Notes under the pieces: model-generated
Told to the model about the DNA's origin: nothing
Databases searched by the model: none
Seen by the model: the letters and a program-made list of their open reading frames with translations, nothing else
Assembly: GCA_964399865.1 (NCBI GenBank)
Contig: CAYNRJ010000002.1
Location: 227,108 to 263,858, forward strand
Length of the DNA stretch: 36,751 nucleotides
Direction of reading: 5' to 3'
Source of the DNA: an uncultured Candidatus Saccharibacteria bacterium
GTDB lineage: Bacteria; Patescibacteriota; Minisyncoccia; Phycocordibacterales; UBA2100
In this document: in pieces, positions 18,307-23,611 of the stretch
How the letters are laid out: every line of letters begins with the position of its first letter
Position numbering within the stretch: the stretch's first letter is position 1
Program-made: the position numbers and the translations under genes

Positions 18307-18332
18307 GGGCCGGGAGCGATGGCTCCCGGCCC
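18307..18332. terminator. Bidirectional terminator between convergent genes
   Basis: gggccgggagc / gatg / gctcccggccc. The A-run upstream on the + strand is a T-run on the - strand. Confidence 0.7.
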
Positions 18333-18356
18333 CGTGTGCAAAGCCGACGTTGTTGG

Positions 18357-18746
18357 TCAGCCAGATGCAGGATCTGCTTCGGCAATGTCCCGCAGGCGGG
18401 TCGCGCCGGTGAGCGCCATCATGCGATGGCTCTCTTCGTGACACCAGCACGCGATCATATGCACGTCGTGCGCGTCGAGGTCGAGCACGCGCATCACGTC
18501 GCCGACGGTTTCCTCAGTCGGGACACCATGGGCGTTGAGGGCCGTCACGACCGGATCGAATATGGTCCCCGTGGTCGGCGTAGCGGCAAGAACAGACGGG
18601 GCCATGCTCTCGACCCGGAAGATCGTCTGATAGAGCGTCTGCTTCTTGGCGTCCAGAGCATTCGCCGCGATGGCGAGGAGCGCCTGCCGCGTAAGCGGAA
18701 CAGGGAGCGCCGTGGCAGTCACGGTATCCCGTACCAGCTGGTTCAT
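18357..18746 (-). CDS. Hypothetical protein (GC-rich islet 4)
   Basis: 129 aa from ATG 18746, with AAGGAA 8 nt upstream. Its composition looks more protein-like than the Arg-rich antisense ORF 18303..18869, and the terminator orientation fits. No family recognised. Confidence 0.45.
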   Translation of the reverse strand: MNQLVRDTVTATALPVPLTRQALLAIAANALDAKKQTLYQTIFRVESMAPSVLAATPTTGTIFDPVVTALNAHGVPTEETVGDVMRVLDLDAHDVHMIACWCHEESHRMMALTGATRLRDIAEADPASG

Positions 18747-18878
18747 CGTCGTGTTCCTTGTGGTTGGACAACGTTTTCGGAACATTACGCAAAACTCGAT
18801 ATGTTCCGCTCACGAGCCTACCACCATGGAGTAAATTTCCAAAAAGGTGTTTTGCACAAGAAATGTTAGCTGATGATG

Positions 18879-18887
18879 TGCGATAAT
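18879..18887 (+). promoter_or_regulatory. Extended -10 element TGCGATAAT, 6 nt upstream of ATG 18894
   Basis: No Shine-Dalgarno site between the box and the ATG. Confidence 0.45.
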
Positions 18888-18893
18888 TAACGG

Positions 18894-19289
18894 ATGGAAG
18901 CGTACTCTTGGTACTCGACTCTGATTAAGCCAGACTGGGCGCCGCCCGCGTGGCTTTTCTCGCCTGTGTGGACCATCCTCTACACAATCATCGCGGTTTC
19001 GTTTGGCTATGTGTTTTATCTGGTGTTCAAGAAACGACTGCCTCCAATGGTTGCGCTCCCGTTTGCGCTCAACCTCATTTTCAACGCAGCGTTCACGCCG
19101 CTGCAGTTTGGTTTGCAAAATAATCTTCTCGCTGCCGCGGACATACTGCTCGTCCTCGCTACGCTCATATGGGCGATGGTCGCTATCTATCAACATCACA
19201 AATGGGTCGCGTTCGCGAATATCCCGTACCTCCTTTGGGTTTCGTTTGCGACGGTCCTTCAGCTGACGGTCACGTATTTGAATTTTTAG
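18894..19289 (+). CDS. tspO: TspO/MBR (tryptophan-rich sensory protein) family membrane protein
   Basis: WYSTLIKPDWAPPAWLFSPVWTILY is the hallmark N-terminal TspO motif. At 131 aa it is slightly short for the family. Confidence 0.8.
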   Translation: MEAYSWYSTLIKPDWAPPAWLFSPVWTILYTIIAVSFGYVFYLVFKKRLPPMVALPFALNLIFNAAFTPLQFGLQNNLLAAADILLVLATLIWAMVAIYQHHKWVAFANIPYLLWVSFATVLQLTVTYLNF

Positions 19290-19389
19290 TTCCAGTTTTT
19301 GCAGCCCGTGGCTTCTCTGGAATCAAGACAAAAAGAGAGTACTATCGCGGTCGGACTGCACGTTCACAAGACAACGAAGAGAGTGGCGC

Positions 19390-19947
19390 ATGCCCACGAA
19401 GCCCGTACTTTTGGGGTGGGTGGGCCTGGGGCTCACCTTCCTCAAACCGCTTGAAGCGATCCTCATCATCGCGCTGATTGTTTTCGAATCCAATTTCTCA
19501 GCCAGCATTCTCATCCTCCTCCTGATGATCATCGATCTCTTCGATGGGATGATCTTCGAGCGATCGACACCACAGATGGTGGAGAAATACGGTTGGCTTC
19601 GCCGGAAAGCGGATGCTATCGGCGACAGGCTCAGCATATGGAGTGTATTCCTCACACTGATCTTTCTCGCGAGCATGCCGTTCTTTGTCTACGGCCTGGT
19701 GCTGGTGAGGGAAGTCATCCTTATGGGCGTCACGTATTACGGCTACAAAAAAACAGGCCGTTGGCTTCCTAAGGTTAACGATTGGTCTCGGGCGACATCC
19801 TTTCTTGTCGGCCTTTTGGCAATCGCCTGGCTGAGCGCGTGGATCGGGGCCGTCGGTTTTCTATGGACCCTCGTTTTCTTCGTAGGAATCGTAAGTCTCG
19901 TGGTGCACTATCGGCAAGTAATGGGGCTCGGGCCGATAATGGCCTGA
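19390..19947 (+). CDS. Polytopic membrane protein with a CDP-alcohol phosphatidyltransferase-like signature (GC-rich islet 5)
   Basis: DLFDGMIFER...G...DAIGD approximates D..DG..AR..G...D...D. The match is imperfect, so the call is tentative. Confidence 0.45.
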   Translation: MPTKPVLLGWVGLGLTFLKPLEAILIIALIVFESNFSASILILLLMIIDLFDGMIFERSTPQMVEKYGWLRRKADAIGDRLSIWSVFLTLIFLASMPFFVYGLVLVREVILMGVTYYGYKKTGRWLPKVNDWSRATSFLVGLLAIAWLSAWIGAVGFLWTLVFFVGIVSLVVHYRQVMGLGPIMA

Positions 19948-19970
19948 CAAGCTACTCAGGAAGGACGGAG

Positions 19971-20390
19971 ATGAATTCAAGGAGAGACCTTCAGTTGACC
20001 GCATGGGCGAGGGAATTGGAGCGCCGGGCCCGGGACAACGATACTCTCGGTCCAGGCGAGACGATTTACGTCCAGATCACCATTGTTAAGGCTCCCGTTG
20101 TCGACGTCGCCATCACCGAAGGGACTCTCCCCGCTGGGATGAGTGCGGCGATAACGGACGCTGATTGGGGCGCGGTGCTCGCGGTTTCCGATCTGCCGCC
20201 CTACGGCAAGCGATTTCTCGAGGAGCTGCGTAAGTCTGGCAACAGGCCTACTGTGGCAGTCGAGGGATGGCGTGGAACCATCAACCTCAGGCTGACGGAC
20301 GCCAAGCTGCCGTATCGGCTGAAATTTGCCGACGGTACATCCCGAGGGTCGCCTTCGAGACCTATCCAGCTGTTCAAGCTGACTGGGTAG
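19971..20390 (+). CDS. GC-rich 139-aa ORFan, paralog B (islet 5)
   Basis: ATG 19971 preceded by aggaaggacggag. It has the same length as the product of 15711..16130 and is collinear with it. Confidence 0.6.
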   Translation: MNSRRDLQLTAWARELERRARDNDTLGPGETIYVQITIVKAPVVDVAITEGTLPAGMSAAITDADWGAVLAVSDLPPYGKRFLEELRKSGNRPTVAVEGWRGTINLRLTDAKLPYRLKFADGTSRGSPSRPIQLFKLTG

Positions 20391-20412
20391 TTGCGATGGC
20401 AGGATTTCGAAC

Positions 20413-20447
20413 CGCCGCCGGTCCACACGGGCCGGCGGCTCTTCTTT
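20413..20447 (+). terminator. Rho-independent terminator (27-nt hairpin, copy 1, plus T-run)
   Basis: cgccgccggtcc / acac / gggccggcggc followed by tcttcttttt. The 27-nt hairpin sequence is identical at 21739-21765. Confidence 0.7.
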
Positions 20448-20487
20448 TTGACTGGGCAAGAAGTGGGATTTGTGGGAAGATTTTTGC
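20442..20487 (+). promoter_or_regulatory. Reused upstream module, copy 1 (TTGACTGGGCAAG...GGGATTTGTGGGAAGATTTTTGC)
   Basis: 38/43 identical to 23557-23599. It contains TTGACT (20448-20453) and TGG+GAAGAT (20473-20481), the latter 6 nt before ATG 20488. Confidence 0.45.
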
Positions 20488-20862
20488 ATGACGCTTGTGC
20501 ATCATCATTTCATCTATCAAGCACGGGTTGGGCGAATCGATCTCGGCGCAGAAGCGGCGGATACATTGAAGCAATTTTTACTCGACCTCGTAAAGGAGAT
20601 CGACATGAAAATTCTCATTGAGCCGCAAGTAAAATTTTCAGAGCACAATGCGTGGACGGGGCTTATCGGCATTGTCACTTCACACATCGCCTTCCATTAT
20701 TGGACGAAGGAGCAGTTGCTTCAGTTGGATATTTACAGTTGCAAAGCGTTTGATGTGGACAGGGCGCGGGCATTCCTCGATGCTTTTTGGCGGACATCAG
20801 ACACTTGGGGGTTGTTTATAGACAGGGCGGAAGGGAATGATTTTCAAATTAAAAAAATATGA
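20488..20862 (+). CDS. S-adenosylmethionine decarboxylase-like (SpeH/AdoMetDC fold) protein
   Basis: GLIGIVTSHIAFHYWTKEQLLQLDIYSCKAFD parallels the GVVVISESHLTIHTWPE...DLFTCG core of class-1 AdoMetDC as I recall it. Thr-Ser sits where Glu-Ser normally is. The start is taken as ATG 20488. Confidence 0.6.
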   Translation: MTLVHHHFIYQARVGRIDLGAEAADTLKQFLLDLVKEIDMKILIEPQVKFSEHNAWTGLIGIVTSHIAFHYWTKEQLLQLDIYSCKAFDVDRARAFLDAFWRTSDTWGLFIDRAEGNDFQIKKI

Positions 20863-20957
20863 CCATGATTCTCATAATTATTGGGGCAATAGTGCTACTC
20901 GCTCTCGCAATTGGTGGGGCGATAGTCGCCATGCGAGAGCATAAGGACGACAAATAA
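20859..20957 (+). CDS. 32-aa single-TM micro-ORF overlapping the upstream stop (ATGA)
   Basis: MTMILIIIGAIVLLALAIGGAIVAMREHKDDK. It is not in the ORF track (below the size cut-off). Its ATG at 20859 overlaps the TGA at 20860-20862. Confidence 0.35.
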   Translation: MTMILIIIGAIVLLALAIGGAIVAMREHKDDK

Positions 20958-21070
20958 AGAGGTTTCTTTTTCGATTTCGAGGAGACATTGACGACTTAGT
21001 TTTTTAGTGGTATTTCTTTTCGAGAGATTTCTTGTACCACATCGGTGGTACACACAGGGAGTAATAGCGA

Positions 21071-21727
21071 ATGGGCAAACAGAGTCTCTCAGACGCCGAC
21101 ATGGAAGCGGCGACGATTCGCCATTACAGCGAGAGTCCGCTTTCCTTCATCTTTATGCTGGATGGCGCGCCGTTCCCAGAGATTTTCGCGGAATTGATCC
21201 AGAAGCATCGGAAAGCGATCGGGGATAACCCGCTGATGCTCGATATTGGCTGCGGTTTCGGCCGCGGCATCGACCTTCTGTCCTCCATTGGGATCAAGCG
21301 CTACATCGGCGTTGATCCAGCGGAGGGATTGCTGAAGATTGCTCGCGAACGCTATCCCGAATACGATTTTCGAGTCGGGATCGCCCACAAGCTCGCGGAC
21401 GTGATCAGCGAGAAGTGCGACGTGTTCATCGCGAACGGATCGCTCGATCACATTCCGCCGAGACGCCTGAAGAGGGCGATGAGAAGCATCCGCTCGGTGC
21501 TCCGCCCGGGAGCGTACGGCTTCATTTCCTGGGTGCTCGGTGAAGGGCAGGTGGTTCTCACGCACGAGGACGTCCCCGCGATCCCTGAAGGGTCCCAAAT
21601 CTATGTGACGAAGTGGGATGAGGCATCGCTCGCCCCGATCCTCAAGCAGTCGGGGTTCGAGATCGTGCGGCCTTCCGCTGTCTTCTCGTCGGAGAGCGTG
21701 TTCTTCACCACGGTGCGCGCAATATAG
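21071..21727 (+). CDS. Class I SAM-dependent methyltransferase (GC-rich islet 6)
   Basis: Motif I MLDIGCGFGRG, then YIGVDP and a post-I acidic residue. agggag lies upstream of the ATG. Confidence 0.8.
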   Translation: MGKQSLSDADMEAATIRHYSESPLSFIFMLDGAPFPEIFAELIQKHRKAIGDNPLMLDIGCGFGRGIDLLSSIGIKRYIGVDPAEGLLKIARERYPEYDFRVGIAHKLADVISEKCDVFIANGSLDHIPPRRLKRAMRSIRSVLRPGAYGFISWVLGEGQVVLTHEDVPAIPEGSQIYVTKWDEASLAPILKQSGFEIVRPSAVFSSESVFFTTVRAI

Positions 21728-21738
21728 TCGCCTATGAT

Positions 21739-21765
21739 CGCCGCCGGTCCACACGGGCCGGCGGC
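21739..21765. terminator. 27-nt hairpin, copy 2, between convergent genes
   Basis: Identical to 20413-20439: cgccgccggtccacacgggccggcggc. Confidence 0.65.
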
Positions 21766-21786
21766 GTCACTATATTTTTACATCTG

Positions 21787-22101
21787 TCAGTGAAGCGTGG
21801 GGCCTGTCGGTTTACCCGGACCTTGCTTAGTTTTATCCCGCTTCTTCTTGCCCTTCTCTTTTTCAATATCCTTCTCTATATCTTTTCTGCTTTTATCACC
21901 AATGTCCGGAACGTAGATGCCTTGCTCTGGAGTAGGGACGTGCGGGCCCTTTCTTGTTGTTGGGTCGCCCTCCTCGTCAATCTCAGGTTCATAGTTGTTT
22001 GGAAGCTTATCCGGCATTGGAGGGAGTTTGCCCGGAGTTTCTGGTCGCGGAGGTATTTTTCGGATCTCAGGAGTTTGAGGGGTTGGTTGGAATTTTTCCA
22101 T
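21787..22101 (-). CDS. Hypothetical Pro/Lys/Glu-rich, probably disordered protein
   Basis: 104 aa of low-complexity sequence (PTPQTPEIRKIPPRPETPGKLPPMPDKLP...KDIEKDIEKEKGKKKRDK). It is the only sizeable ORF in this gap. Confidence 0.45.
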   Translation of the reverse strand: MEKFQPTPQTPEIRKIPPRPETPGKLPPMPDKLPNNYEPEIDEEGDPTTRKGPHVPTPEQGIYVPDIGDKSRKDIEKDIEKEKGKKKRDKTKQGPGKPTGPTLH

Positions 22102-22178
22102 GTCGCCATTATATCAATGAGATACGTTTGGAAGAATGCGCATATCCACTGAGGTGAGAGCTATGATATTCTTATAGT

Positions 22179-22922
22179 ATGAATACCAAGGGACTCTATG
22201 ATTACACACAGCCGATGGTGGCGGGGGCGACGCTCCTTGCGATCGGACTTATCCTTTCAGTTATTATCGCTTCTCTCACTGCGTACAACGTAAAGACGGC
22301 GGGGGATGTGATTGAAGTTACAGGCTCTGCAAAAGAAGCTGTTGTTGCGGATTTTGCTCGATGGACGATAAGCCTTGAAACGAAAACTCAGATTTCAAAT
22401 CAGCAGGCGGGACTCAATCGTCTTGAGGCAGCAACTGATAAAATCCGAGCGTATCTTCAAAAGCAAGGATTTACTGATATCGAGACACCAGTCGCGTCGG
22501 TGAATGCGGAGTACTCATATCCGCAATATTCTGCCCCCATCCAAACAGGATTTAACGTGTCGCGTCAGATCGTCGTGCGCAGTGCAGACATCGCAAAGAT
22601 CTCCGATCTCGCGGGGAATCTCGCACCACTTAGCGGGGCGTCATACAACGTCACGACATATGGTCTTGAACTCACCTATCAAAAATTGCCAGAGATGCGC
22701 GTGAAGCTTCTCGCGGATGCTATCAAGGATGCCAAGGCTCGCGCCGAGGCAATCGCAAAAGAGACAGGCCGTTCGGTGGGCTCACTTCGTTCCGCAACAG
22801 GGGGAGTTGTGCAGGTGCTTTCAGAAGGTGCGGTTGATATCAGTGATTATGGCTCCTACGACACGCAGAGTATGAATAAGGATGTGATGGTCACAGTCCG
22901 CGCCTCCTTCACGCTTCGATAA
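22179..22922 (+). CDS. SIMPL (DUF541) domain protein
   Basis: N-terminal TM, then VTGSAKE.V.AD.A...ISLET and a C-terminal ...VMVTVRASF, as in SIMPL/26-kDa periplasmic immunogenic proteins. Confidence 0.8.
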   Translation: MNTKGLYDYTQPMVAGATLLAIGLILSVIIASLTAYNVKTAGDVIEVTGSAKEAVVADFARWTISLETKTQISNQQAGLNRLEAATDKIRAYLQKQGFTDIETPVASVNAEYSYPQYSAPIQTGFNVSRQIVVRSADIAKISDLAGNLAPLSGASYNVTTYGLELTYQKLPEMRVKLLADAIKDAKARAEAIAKETGRSVGSLRSATGGVVQVLSEGAVDISDYGSYDTQSMNKDVMVTVRASFTLR

Positions 22923-22948
22923 GGCTCAACATACGGGCGCTCCGCGCT

Positions 22949-22964
22949 GATTCCCAATCATGAA
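22949..22964 (+). repeat. 16-nt direct repeat A, copy 1 (GATTCCCAATCATGAA)
   Basis: Identical to 23525-23540, which is the last 16 nt of the DUF2726 CDS including its stop codon. Confidence 0.8.
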
Positions 22965-22985
22965 GATTTGTGGGATGATTTTGGG
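22965..22985 (+). promoter_or_regulatory. Partial copy of the reused upstream module (GATTTGTGGGATGATTTTGGG)
   Basis: 18/19 identical to 23582-23600. TGG+GATGAT (22971-22979) lies 6 nt before ATG 22986. Confidence 0.45.
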
Positions 22986-23540
22986 ATGTTTCCAGCCGCC
23001 GAACTTTTTCAGGTTCTCTTTTGGCCATTTATTTTTCTCGCGGTAGCAATTGTCGGAATAACTGCGATCATCGGACTTTATAGTATCTTTTTTGCGAAAG
23101 AGAGAGGAGTCGAAAAGTCAGCGACACTGTATCAGTACGGAGCTAAAAAGTTTTTCATGACTTGCGCCGAGCACGAGTGCTACGACGCACTTGTAGCGGC
23201 GGTGGGGAGCGAATATTACGTATTCCCCCAAGTGCATCTTCCGGCAATCGTAGACAATAAAGTAGCGGGGCAGAACTGGGCGGCAGCATTCCGTCATATC
23301 AACGGGAAATCAATAGACTTTGTACTCTGCGACAAGGCGTACATTTCCACTAAGCTGGCCATTGAGCTCGACGACAAGACACATGAGCGTTCGGACAGGG
23401 TGGGGCGGGACGCGGAGGTGGAGCGAATACTCAAGCAGGCAGGCGTACCGCTTCTGCGCCTTAGGAACAACGGGGGATTTAGTGCAGACTCGTTAAGGGT
23501 AGAGATCAAGACGAGTGTAATCTCAGATTCCCAATCATGA
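22986..23540 (+). CDS. DUF2726 domain protein (PD-(D/E)xK-like fold) with an N-terminal TM
   Basis: The TM is LFQVLFWPFIFLAVAIVGITAIIGLYSIFF. The core is FMTCAEHECYDAL...YVFPQVHL...SIDFVLCDK...LAIELDDKTHE...RDAEVERILKQAGVPLLR, as in DUF2726 proteins. The start is taken as ATG 22986. Confidence 0.75.
   Translation: MFPAAELFQVLFWPFIFLAVAIVGITAIIGLYSIFFAKERGVEKSATLYQYGAKKFFMTCAEHECYDALVAAVGSEYYVFPQVHLPAIVDNKVAGQNWAAAFRHINGKSIDFVLCDKAYISTKLAIELDDKTHERSDRVGRDAEVERILKQAGVPLLRLRNNGGFSADSLRVEIKTSVISDSQS
23525..23540 (+). repeat. 16-nt direct repeat A, copy 2
   Basis: GATTCCCAATCATGAA, identical to 22949-22964. Confidence 0.8.
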
Positions 23541-23556
23541 AATGGGTTCGGGCGGT

Positions 23557-23603
23557 TTCTTTTTGACTGGGCAAGGGGCGGGATTTGTGGGATTATTTTG
23601 ATG
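23557..23603 (+). promoter_or_regulatory. Reused upstream module, copy 2
   Basis: ttctttttgactgggcaaggggcgggatttgtgggattattttg. It is preceded by only a GC-rich half-site (gggttcgggcgg) with no complementary arm, unlike copy 1. Confidence 0.45.
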
Positions 23604-23611
23604 ACCGGCAC

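Noticed and set aside
20401-20412. The reverse complement reads ggttcgaaatcc, which resembles a tRNA T-loop and could have marked a tRNA or tRNA fragment serving as an integration site.
   Set aside because: I could not build a T-stem, acceptor stem or the rest of a cloverleaf from the flanking bases on either strand. It is most likely a chance resemblance next to the terminator hairpin.
20413-23603. Whether the repeated hairpins and modules are integron attC sites or a CRISPR-like array.
   Set aside because: There are only two or three copies, separated by gene-sized and kilobase-scale distances. There is no intI-like integrase, no cas genes, no regular repeat-spacer periodicity, and no attC-type R''/L''-L'/R' architecture that I could recognise.
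20470-23611. TTG-initiated N-terminal extensions MWEDFC / MWDDFG / MWDYFDDRH on three track ORFs (20470, 22968, 23585), which look like a conserved peptide.
   Set aside because: The similarity continues upstream of the TTG into non-coding sequence, and the differences are not synonymous-biased. The conservation is better explained at the DNA level (promoter module) with ATG starts at 20488, 22986 and 23612. The TTG start at 23585 cannot be fully excluded.
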